A DNA stretch of 63,568 nucleotides, counting the filler, from Trichomonas gallinae (lineage: Eukaryota): NCBI GenBank assembly GCA_008369845.1. It is 10 parts of 10 records of this genome, joined end to end, with 100 filler letters (N's around TTAATTAATTAA, not from the genome) between each part and the next. Parts side by side here need not be neighbours in the genome. Positions count along the whole stretch, not along the records: positions 1 to 2,160 come from MRSU01000004.1; positions 2,261 to 23,251 come from MRSU01000005.1; 8 more parts are not named here. One strand, 5' to 3'. A model generated the notes under the pieces. The model made no database searches and was not told the DNA's origin. It worked only from the letters and a program-made list of their open reading frames with translations. Within the stretch, counting starts at the first letter, position 1, and every line of letters begins with the position of its first letter. The position numbers and the translations under genes are program-made. Positions 1 through 9,154 of this stretch are shown here, in pieces.

Positions 1-1351
1 CAACCTTTCCTCTTTCGTAAGCGTAATCAGATGAGAAAACTGACAACAGTTGTGGATTTTCTGGTGCCCTCAGATAGAACGGAATAGCAACTGGTTCAGA
101 GAGAAGTCCGTATTCATCTTCTGCCCAGATATATAGTGTGTAGTTCTTTCTCGTTGGAATCCTCGGATCAATTTTAACTTTAAAATCAAAGGATGTTGCT
201 GTATATTCCGAGATTTGTGGGTTTTCAATCTTTCCATTATTAATTCGATAATATAGAACAACTCCATCATCATCATTGTTGATGGTACCTTTTACATGAA
301 TTTTTTCGTCTTTATAATATTTTGGTTTAATATCAGATGTTATTTTGAGTTTAGCGAGCTGATTAGTAGTAATTGTAATCCTGATTTGATTTGAACTCGA
401 ACCTGAAGCATCTTCTGCGTGGCAATCACCTAATGCTCCTGTTGGGCCAATTTGGTAGTCTGAAATTGTAAGAATAACATTTCTCTCTTGTGGGGTAGTA
501 GTAGTTGAGTTTTCAAAATTTGTATACTCTGATCTTGCAGAAGAACTTCGAAGCCTGCATTTAATAGTTATTTTATCAGATTGATCGAAGTCTACTGCTT
601 TGAATTGGAATGTAATTTTCTCATTTGGCTGATGTCCGCCAGGATTGACATTACTCAAGTCGAACAAACGAGGAGGTGTATTAGTTACAACGCCTGCAGC
701 AAGTGTAAATTCGAATATGTTTGGCGTGTCGAAGGACAATTCCTGGTTAAGCCATGAAAATGCAATGACAGTTTTAGATGATGTTCGAGTATTTATTTCA
801 TTCGTGAAGAATGGGTAAAATTTTGGATCTGTGGAAGATGCTTTGCCCATATCTTTGATGTATATGGTGTCAACGTTAGGATATAGGCCAACATTGCGAA
901 GGAAGAGTGTATAATTATAGGAATCCTTCGATGAAATGATGTAGCCTCTGTTGTAGTCAGCTTTTTCATCAACAGGAACAATAGGTCCGTTATCTTTATC
1001 ATTAAAATTAGGGACATAGAAAACGCCAAGGTCAACTTTCCTAGGGAAGTAACCTCTTGGGGTCACTCTGAATTGTATGTTAACTTGTGAACCACTCTTT
1101 TTAGATGAAAATGCAATTTGAATGTCTTCGTAATTAACGGTAGTTTTATCCATCAACTGAACAGGGCTTAATGTTCCATTATCGTAATGAACTCTATAGC
1201 CGACAAAAAATCCTTGGCCATCTTTTGTAAGATTAAACTTTTTCCCTTCATCATTGGTAATCGGGTATTCGAACAATGGTGTTTGTTTTACAAAGTATTT
1301 AGGTGATGTAAATTGCATAGAGATTGCCTTTGTAAAAAGCACTGGAAGCAT
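1..1351 (-). CDS. Putative Bap-like/Ig-repeat cell-surface protein, 5' part (runs off the window start)
   Basis: Manual translation from ATG at 1351 gives 450 stop-free codons to position 2 (MLPVLFTKAISMQFTSPKY...YTLYIWAEDEYGLLSEPVAIPF...). It has a short hydrophobic N-terminus and beta-rich units ending in A-x-D-xx-G-xx-S, like trichomonad Bap-like proteins. Absent from the ORF track because it has no stop in the window. Confidence 0.7.
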   Translation of the reverse strand, partial: MLPVLFTKAISMQFTSPKYFVKQTPLFEYPITNDEGKKFNLTKDGQGFFVGYRVHYDNGTLSPVQLMDKTTVNYEDIQIAFSSKKSGSQVNIQFRVTPRGYFPRKVDLGVFYVPNFNDKDNGPIVPVDEKADYNRGYIISSKDSYNYTLFLRNVGLYPNVDTIYIKDMGKASSTDPKFYPFFTNEINTRTSSKTVIAFSWLNQELSFDTPNIFEFTLAAGVVTNTPPRLFDLSNVNPGGHQPNEKITFQFKAVDFDQSDKITIKCRLRSSSARSEYTNFENSTTTTPQERNVILTISDYQIGPTGALGDCHAEDASGSSSNQIRITITTNQLAKLKITSDIKPKYYKDEKIHVKGTINNDDDGVVLYYRINNGKIENPQISEYTATSFDFKVKIDPRIPTRKNYTLYIWAEDEYGLLSEPVAIPFYLRAPENPQLLSVFSSDYAYERGKV

Positions 1352-2079
1352 TTTTTATTTTTTGATTTTGCGCTATTCAATCGTTTGATAACTAAATGTC
1401 ATAAAAATTTAAATATTCTGACACAAGTCGGAAATTAAGCTGCAAATTGCACTACTGGCACTGACTTTAAAACAATGCCTCACATAAAATAATAAATTGA
1501 GACAAAAATAATAAATTCAAATTTTGAAAAATATGAATTGTTGCAGATTAATGCATATTAAATGCTTTTTGTTTTATCGATACATTTTCAAATTTGAAAA
1601 TAAGTCGGTCTAATTAGTATCCAAACAATAGAGGTATATTCTTTTCGAGAATTCCTTATCTTGTCAGATTGTCAAATATTTGACTTTTGTAATAAGGAAT
1701 CTGTAAATACGTTAATTTCATGTAATGTTCATTTTGTCATGTCGGAAAATTTCCAAATTGGATCAAAACGGAAACATTATTTCATGAGAAATATATTTAC
1801 GTGAATGTATATATGTCGTACAACATTGAGGAATAAAAGAAAGCTACAATTATAGAATTTGTCAATGTTTTTTACATGTCAGATGTTAGCAGTTTATTGT
1901 CAAATAAGCTGTGGACAATAAGATCCATCCACATATGTTTATAATACAAGAATATACTTCTGCAATACACACGACGGATGCACATCAAGTTTATGAATAA
2001 TTATATTATAACAATATTGGTGCTTTTGAAAAATAATACATTTGTAGATTTCCCCGAAAATAAAATCAATTTTATTAGG

Positions 2080-2160
2080 CTAAATGCCCAAATTTGGATC
2101 TTCGTCATCGTGGTTGAACTTGAAGACGTCAACTGTTGTCTCTTCGTGGTAGTCATTGGC
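2080..2160 (-). CDS. 3' end of an unidentified gene cut by the contig boundary
   Basis: 27 codons ANDYHEETTVDVFKFNHDDEDPNLGI* with strong C-ending codon bias, followed by an AT-rich 3' region. Confidence 0.5.
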   Translation of the reverse strand, partial: ANDYHEETTVDVFKFNHDDEDPNLGI

Positions 2161-2260
2161 NNNNNNNNNNNNNNNNNNNNNNNNNNNNNNNNNNNNNNNN
2201 NNNNTTAATTAATTAANNNNNNNNNNNNNNNNNNNNNNNNNNNNNNNNNNNNNNNNNNNN
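2161..2260. other. Artificial contig linker
   Basis: 44 N + TTAATTAATTAA (stops in all six frames) + 44 N. Confidence 0.99.
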
Positions 2261-2336
2261 AGGATTGAGGCTCATTGAAAATCTAGTCACATCATTTCTT
2301 CATCAAGCATGAGTGCTACACAGGTTTGCAAGACAG

Positions 2337-2400
2337 ACAATAACTTCAACGTGAACTTGAGCTTTCTTTCTATCAATACAGTTATGCGAACAATTGCAAT
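2337..2400 (-). repeat. 64-bp copy of an internal segment of the cyclase gene (4549-4612)
   Basis: 61/64 identity, same orientation; encodes IAIVRITVLIERKLKFTLKLL. Confidence 0.9.
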
Positions 2401-2519
2401 ATTACAATTACACGTGATGCCAAACGAAAAACTTTTGTATCAACAAAACGATCAAATAACTCAGAATATTATTATAGGATGCGTCCATATATCACAATCG
2501 CTGGATTCAATAATATAAT

Positions 2520-2942
2520 AAATCATTCATATTTGATGTAGGAAAAAATATCTCTCTTCATGATACGGGTTATGGACGTCATATTAACGCGACAATCAAG
2601 ATCTAGAACAACAGAAATACAATGTTAGTGGCGATGTTTTTGTGAAATGGGAAGAGTCTATGGTGGATTCATCAGAAAATGAAAAAAAAAATGTTGATCC
2701 CAGAATTTGAGGCAACTCTATCAACAACAAGGAGAGTATTTACAGAGAAAAATATTGATCATCCGTTCCTTGATGATGGATTCTCTGCTGATGCAATTGC
2801 AGGTACTGTTATCGCATGCATTTCTGTTGTTGCAATTATCGCTGTATGCATTTGGCTTTTCGGATTTGGTGAAATCATGAGGTGCAAGAAGAATAAGTCT
2901 GAACCTGGCTCTGGGGCAAAGAAAGAACAGGATGAGATGTAA
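2520..2942 (+). pseudogene. Decayed single-pass (type I) membrane protein; only the C-terminal TM and tail are intact (ORF 2679-2942)
   Basis: GFSADAIAGTVIACISVVAIIAVCIWLF followed by a basic tail (RCKKNKSE) is a typical trichomonad surface-protein C-terminus. Upstream sequence looks coding but has stops and frameshifts. The 5' limit is approximate. Confidence 0.5.
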
Positions 2943-3215
2943 ATGATGATAATATTGAAAAAAAGAAAAATCAGAATATATCATATGCATAATAATCATG
3001 TTTATGATGAATATAACAATGAGAAAATTATTAATAAATATTTCTACAGCAAAGAATATTTTTTTTGAGAAAAATCTTAATTTTGACGAAACAATCTGTG
3101 AATATATAAGATATAAATCAATATATTCGCTCTCATTTTTTCCTATTCAACCTTATCAAAGGCGTAATCCACATCATTCTTATAGAGCAATTAATGCCTG
3201 CATACATAAAATTCC

Positions 3216-3302
3216 ATGGAAAACGAGAAGTTGAAGAATCTCGTCGAAACATTCCGGACAAACAGCTGGAGAGTGATCAGCTGCATCAATTGTGGTGAGT
3301 AG
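3216..3302 (+). pseudogene. Orphan Myb-repeat fragment
   Basis: ENEKLKNLVETFRTNSWRVIS matches the Myb repeat pattern EDxxLxxLVxxFGxxxWxxI, then degenerates to a stop. GC-richer than its flanks. Confidence 0.55.
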
Positions 3303-3445
3303 AAATGTGAGGAGGGCAGTTTGCTGAAGAATATGGAATAGCTTTGATTGCATAATTCTTCATAAAACAATTCTTTCAATGAAAAATCAAATAAAATTTA
3401 AAAACATAAACAGATGTTCATTTTATTACAATTATAAAAATAACA

Positions 3446-6400
3446 TTATAAAGAAACAAGGTATGTAACGACTTTACCTTGTTTAATTTGGATTTCACCT
3501 CTCTCTTCAATCTTGTAGTTTCCTCCGTAGATCAATTCATAGACAGCTCTTGATATGTGGACTTTCATTGGAACGCCATTGTGTTCCATTTGCTGTGCAT
3601 ATGAAATTGCTGGACCGAATATTTCAAATGTCGGTTTACCAATGCCAATAACACCAGCAACAATAGGTCCTCCGATGTGTATGCCAACTCTGACTTTAAG
3701 GTTTTGATTGGCTGCTTCATTCACTCTTCCAATAGCTTCAATTGCTTGAAGACCAAAATCAACTGTAGAGCGTGCAAACTGAAGAACGTTTGGCGACTCA
3801 GCGAATACACCTCCAGCACACATGTAGCAGTCACCGATGCACTTAACTCTCTCCATGAATGGAAGTGAAGCGACAATCGTGTCAAATTCGCTGAAAATCA
3901 TATTAAGTGTTCCGGTGACGACTTGTGCAGAGTTCGACCCGCACCAAGGAGTGAATTCGACAATGTCAATGAAGCAGACTGTAGCTGAAGGCACACTGAA
4001 TGAGATATTTGACTCACCAGCTTGAACACGAGGAACTAACGATGCCGGAAGAATCGACGATAATAGTTTATCACTTTTAGCACGTTCTTCTAAAATCAGC
4101 TTATTGTACAAATACATTTGAGTTGTGTTTCTGATTGTGAAGACTGTAGTTTCATTGTTTAATGTTGCTATCTTTGAGATGGACAAGAACTCTTTGTCTG
4201 GATCTCCGTTTTTGTATTGTACACTGCAATTTGCTGATTTTGTTTGTGCGTCAAATAATTTTTGCAATTTTTGTGTTGTTTCTGTCTTGAAAGCGCTAGA
4301 CTGTATAAAGTTCGAGAATACCTGACCCATTAAGTCTTCTTTGAAAAGATTGTTTGCTGCTTTGTTCATTTTAGTAACAGTATATTGCTGTCCATGCGTA
4401 ACAACAATTGCGTCTGGCATCTCTTCAACTAATGTGTCATAGAAATCATTGTCTCTCGTTAGTGTGTCTTCAGAACCATTTCCGAAGTTTCCATTTAATA
4501 CTGAAACAATGAATGAATTTTGCAGAACAAGCTGTGCCTGACAGAATAACAATAACTTCAAGGTGAACTTGAGCTTTCTTTCTATCAAAACTGTTATGCG
4601 AACAATTGCAATGAAACAGAATATGATCAATATTATGCATAAAATATTAATTGCCATGTAAGTCTTAATAGCATCCTTCTCACCTTTCTTGACTAATTGA
4701 CCTATAATTTGTGTTCCTGGGTACAAAAAGTCATCAATTACTCTAAACTGAATTAAATGGTTAGCAATCGGAAGCCTAACAGGATCTACAGGAAATGTTC
4801 CTTTATTTCTGACTTTGGAAACAACGCTGTTATCGATTAAAGAAGAAACAAATGTGTAAGCATATCTTATTATAGAGTCTGGTGTCATGCAAGCGAAAGC
4901 GACTGAATAGTTATCAGGAATTTTAGTCTTATTGCATCCAGCAGCGACTAAACTTTGATTCGTCAGATAAGTGAAATCAGGATATGGAGCTCCCTTGCCG
5001 TATCCGAATCTCAATGCTGTGTAATAGTCGGAAATGTTGTCTCTAAGAATATCAACGAAAGCAAACTTTTTGGCGAGATTCAAGTCGTCTGTTATTACTC
5101 CTAGATTGAAAATTCCTGCGATGTCATTCAGCTGCATTGTCAAAATGCTCATGAATGCTGATATTGTCATTAGATTGTCTGAGTGCTGTGCGTCTTTGTT
5201 GAACTGGTTGCCTTGAGAAACGTACATCAAAGAAAGCATGACGCAGCAAACGATGCAATAAACGAAATAGAAGAATAAAATTGTCGACATTATAGAAAGT
5301 TCTGATTGATGTGCGCTTTCATCTGATGCTGCGTTTAAGACTTTCAGGAGGTTCTCTTCTTGTCTGTTTCTTTCCAAGTCTAAGTTGAATTTCGCCGTGC
5401 TCATCAAGTTCGTAGAATGATCAGTTGCCGTGTTGCTTCCGTCCTTAACCAATCTCAAGCTTTCTGAGACTTGAGATACAACATTCTTGGGGAGATTTAG
5501 CAAAGTCTTGTAGACTGTTATTTTGTCTTTAGCTATCTTCTTCCAAATAATCAGCAAAACGACAACGAAAAGCAAAACAAAGAATAAACTGCCACCGATC
5601 ATAGTCCACTTCATAATATTGTCCATATTCTCTATTCTCTCTTCCATGAAGCCTGTGATGTTCATTGTCGCGAAAGCTAACTGGTTGACAATGTCGAATA
5701 TGTTAACAAACGGGTCCCTCATCGATGGTGTCATTAATGTGAAATTTGTTATGTTATTTGGATTCAAATCAGCAATTTCTGTCAATCTTATTATCATTTT
5801 TTGCAGGCCTTCGTATGTGGAAGTCATCGTGTGGTCTTGACGCCTCATGTCTGGATAGAAGAACGTCATGTTTATCGTTGGATCATACAATAACATCCTT
5901 GTGTAGTCCATATAATAATTTCCCATATATTTACCTCTGAAATCTTGCAGTGTTCTTGTGTGGGAAATGATCTGTGATAGTGAATATTTCACCATGCCCT
6001 GTATATCTTGCTCATTGCCTAAAATTTTCATCGTGTAATTTGGATTTGGCATCAATCCTAGCTTTGTCAATATGAATAAGTGGGACAATGATGTCGCTAA
6101 TCCTGCATGATGTCTGATAAATGATGCTGCTAATGAATATTCCAAGATATCGTAAAGATGCTTATTTTGTATTGGACGAATTGAGTTGCAAATGATTCCA
6201 AGTATGCATGTAACCAATGTGATGATGCCCATGATGATTATTGTCGTTTTAAGAGATGGGATTTTGAGAGTATTAATCATTTCCATGATTTGTCTGTTAT
6301 CTTCGACTTTCTTTGTGATAGTTTCATCATCCAAGTCTGTCTCAGCGAAAACAAAGCTCTCACTGACCTCGCTGGCCACTTTTGTACCTAATCCTGTTGC

Positions 6401-8125
6401 GGTAGCTAAAATTTGCGGCAAATTAGGGAAAGCGAGCAGTCCAAGGTCCTGTGTGTGGTCAGGCATGACTCTTATTCCGCGCGAAAGCAGCCTAGTTTGA
6501 TCTGAAATTTCTTTATATTTTTCAAAATCGTTTCCGACCTCGAATAAGTAAGTTGCGTATGATCTGTACAAGAATCTGTTGTTGGGGAGCTGCATGAGAA
6601 GCAAATTAAACTCTGATTCGCATTCTTCGACGCCTTTATAAGCATTTGCAATTGCGCCGTCCATTTCAGCGAGATTTCCTTGAATAACTTGGTCCCAGAT
6701 ATGCCTGAGCTTTCTCTTGGCAGATGCAACAGTTCTGGCCACTTTTGCAAGCTTTTTCTTTAAATCTGGAGTTAAATTCGATTCTCTTTGCTGGAAGATC
6801 AAATTGGATGTCATAATGCATTGCTTAGCAGCTATTCCATGAATCTTCTTCTGTACGATGTTTTTGACGATTATATTATGCAATTCCATCAATTCTGGAT
6901 AAATTGCGACGAATTTACCGTAAGTGCACCAGTATTTTGCGGAATATGGTTCTCTGTCTGTTAAAACTTTGAATATCGTGAATTCCAAGGCAACAGGATG
7001 AGCGAATTGGAATCCAATTAATTGATTGACCAAAAGTTTAGAATCATTTTGTTCAGCATCGAGAACTGAAGGGTCATCTAGTGCTCTATCGAGGAATTCG
7101 AGCGCTTTCTTGATTCTCCTTTGTGTAATGAAATGGCAGATCACAAAATCGACAACTAAGCCTCCAATCCACACGAAAATGCCTGCTGGTGGTATCTTCT
7201 GATCTAAACCTAGCAAAATTGCGTAAAGAATGAAGCAAATTGGCGCATAAGTCGAAAACGTTAAAATTGCAGTAGAATGGAATGAACTTATCAACGAGAA
7301 TGTCCTATATATAGTGAAGTATGATGATGCTGCTAGAAATGCGCTTACAATTAAATCGATAATCTGTAGAATTTTCGGTAAAAATGAGCAAAAACCAACT
7401 AATCCTGCTGTTACAGCTGGAACCATGAATGTTCCCATCTGTTGCATGCCGTGAACACACAGCAGAGATGTTGGCCTAAACACAAATGTGAACGAATAGA
7501 CTTGTCTTATAAAGAAATAGTAGAATAAAAATGAAATAACGGATAAAATCAAGCCAACTATATTAAGTGGTAGTGAAAATGATGTTGTATTGTTTGTAAC
7601 TACCAATCCAAATGTCTCGAAAGCGATTTCTAAGCAAGGCACGTGAATTAAATAACCAACAATCGAAACATAGAAGTGAATGAGATACATGAGTGGACGA
7701 GGCACTGTACCATTGTTCTGGTATATCCTTGACGATATGTTTATGGTCATAAAGAAAGCAAAATTCAAAAGAAAATATATTAATGCGATGTAAAACGACG
7801 ACTGGTCTCTATATTCAATAGGAATGACATTCCATACTATAGATAGGTAGTTGAAGAACTTAAATATGGTTGAATCCGAGTTAAAAAGTCTTCGAATATT
7901 CGTACATGTGACAAGACCAAAAAGTTGGACTATTCGGAGGATTGATATAACTATATGCATTTCAATGAGTGGAGGTAGCATCGAATCCATGTAATTCAGC
8001 AAGTTCTGTAATTTTCGAAAATATCTTTTGTGTGGTGCTTCAGTAATAAGGCCACCATATTTCGACCCAGAGTTCTCCACTGAATAAGTGAAATTATGAG
8101 AAGAACCCTTTGATGATGTCGTCAT
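3446..8125 (-). CDS. Transmembrane class III adenylate/guanylate cyclase (multi-TM, PAS-like, C-terminal cyclase domain), 1559 aa
   Basis: Cyclase motifs FIDIVEFT, ERVKCIGDCYM, VRVGIHIGGPIVAGVIG and TFEIFG. Preceded by a signalling helix (SDKLLSSILP), a PAS-like segment and many TM helices. Lys at the substrate position suggests ATP specificity. Confidence 0.95.
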   Translation of the reverse strand: MTTSSKGSSHNFTYSVENSGSKYGGLITEAPHKRYFRKLQNLLNYMDSMLPPLIEMHIVISILRIVQLFGLVTCTNIRRLFNSDSTIFKFFNYLSIVWNVIPIEYRDQSSFYIALIYFLLNFAFFMTINISSRIYQNNGTVPRPLMYLIHFYVSIVGYLIHVPCLEIAFETFGLVVTNNTTSFSLPLNIVGLILSVISFLFYYFFIRQVYSFTFVFRPTSLLCVHGMQQMGTFMVPAVTAGLVGFCSFLPKILQIIDLIVSAFLAASSYFTIYRTFSLISSFHSTAILTFSTYAPICFILYAILLGLDQKIPPAGIFVWIGGLVVDFVICHFITQRRIKKALEFLDRALDDPSVLDAEQNDSKLLVNQLIGFQFAHPVALEFTIFKVLTDREPYSAKYWCTYGKFVAIYPELMELHNIIVKNIVQKKIHGIAAKQCIMTSNLIFQQRESNLTPDLKKKLAKVARTVASAKRKLRHIWDQVIQGNLAEMDGAIANAYKGVEECESEFNLLLMQLPNNRFLYRSYATYLFEVGNDFEKYKEISDQTRLLSRGIRVMPDHTQDLGLLAFPNLPQILATATGLGTKVASEVSESFVFAETDLDDETITKKVEDNRQIMEMINTLKIPSLKTTIIIMGIITLVTCILGIICNSIRPIQNKHLYDILEYSLAASFIRHHAGLATSLSHLFILTKLGLMPNPNYTMKILGNEQDIQGMVKYSLSQIISHTRTLQDFRGKYMGNYYMDYTRMLLYDPTINMTFFYPDMRRQDHTMTSTYEGLQKMIIRLTEIADLNPNNITNFTLMTPSMRDPFVNIFDIVNQLAFATMNITGFMEERIENMDNIMKWTMIGGSLFFVLLFVVVLLIIWKKIAKDKITVYKTLLNLPKNVVSQVSESLRLVKDGSNTATDHSTNLMSTAKFNLDLERNRQEENLLKVLNAASDESAHQSELSIMSTILFFYFVYCIVCCVMLSLMYVSQGNQFNKDAQHSDNLMTISAFMSILTMQLNDIAGIFNLGVITDDLNLAKKFAFVDILRDNISDYYTALRFGYGKGAPYPDFTYLTNQSLVAAGCNKTKIPDNYSVAFACMTPDSIIRYAYTFVSSLIDNSVVSKVRNKGTFPVDPVRLPIANHLIQFRVIDDFLYPGTQIIGQLVKKGEKDAIKTYMAINILCIILIIFCFIAIVRITVLIERKLKFTLKLLLFCQAQLVLQNSFIVSVLNGNFGNGSEDTLTRDNDFYDTLVEEMPDAIVVTHGQQYTVTKMNKAANNLFKEDLMGQVFSNFIQSSAFKTETTQKLQKLFDAQTKSANCSVQYKNGDPDKEFLSISKIATLNNETTVFTIRNTTQMYLYNKLILEERAKSDKLLSSILPASLVPRVQAGESNISFSVPSATVCFIDIVEFTPWCGSNSAQVVTGTLNMIFSEFDTIVASLPFMERVKCIGDCYMCAGGVFAESPNVLQFARSTVDFGLQAIEAIGRVNEAANQNLKVRVGIHIGGPIVAGVIGIGKPTFEIFGPAISYAQQMEHNGVPMKVHISRAVYELIYGGNYKIEERGEIQIKQGKVVTYLVSL

Positions 8126-9154
8126 CCAAAAAAATCACAAAAAAAACTTAAAAATCTTCGTTTTTTTTTATTCTTATCAATTTCAAAATTCGTTTTTTGT
8201 TGAAAAATGGGCTTTGTATACGATTGTGAATCGTTATTTTATGAGAAATGTAAATATTCGGTGGTGTGAGATTTTCTAATCAACAAAATTTATATTATAT
8301 AATACATATCGTAGAGTATAATATCAAAAACGATTTATTTAGGAATTTCTGAAGGATCTTTTCAAAATTTGAGATGTACGATAAACTTGTTCGGAAATCC
8401 TTATGTTGCAAAACATTATATATTCTTAGAAAATTAATTTTTCAAAATTTTATCAGTAATTTTTTTGAAGGTTGTCTGAACTTTTAATTATGATAAATAT
8501 TTATCATATACTATATACATTAATGAATTTTGTAAATCAATCGTCAATTTTGTGATGTTGAATGAAATATAATAAACATATATAATACAACAATCGTAGT
8601 AAATAATAGATAACTTGTCACTTTTTAATTCTGAAAAACTTTGATTCACAGAGAATAGATTTGAATAAGAGAAAATATGAATTATGTGATAATATAAAAT
8701 GTTATGGATTTTTTCAGCGATAAAACCATGAATTCCTTAAAGAACTGCAAAATAAACAATCATTTAAAAATTGACACGTAAAGTTTTGTAAATATATCAA
8801 AAATTCTGAAAATTCACAAATTGATTTTTGCGTTTATTAATTATATTTGATTTTCTCAATAATTTATTATTAAAAGTCGTGTCAAAAAAAATTCTGACGA
8901 TGTCAAGAATTTGAATGGAATACTGTCAAAAATTTTGAATGTCAGGCAAATTTACAACTGAAACTTAAAACATATAAAAATTATGGGTGTTGTCCAGAAA
9001 TATTATTCGATATATTAAAACCTATACAAATAACTAAATAAAATCCAAAATAAAGCATAATGATGTAAAATAATCGAGAAATAAAAAAATTCAATTATAA
9101 AAAACAAATTTATCAAACAAATACATACAATAAAATATATAAAATATATAAAAA

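Noticed and set aside
2205..2216. TTAATTAATTAA palindrome recurring nine times
   Set aside because: Always centred in identical N44 blocks, so it is a scaffolding linker, not biology. ORFs ending in X...LIN or X...N are artefacts.
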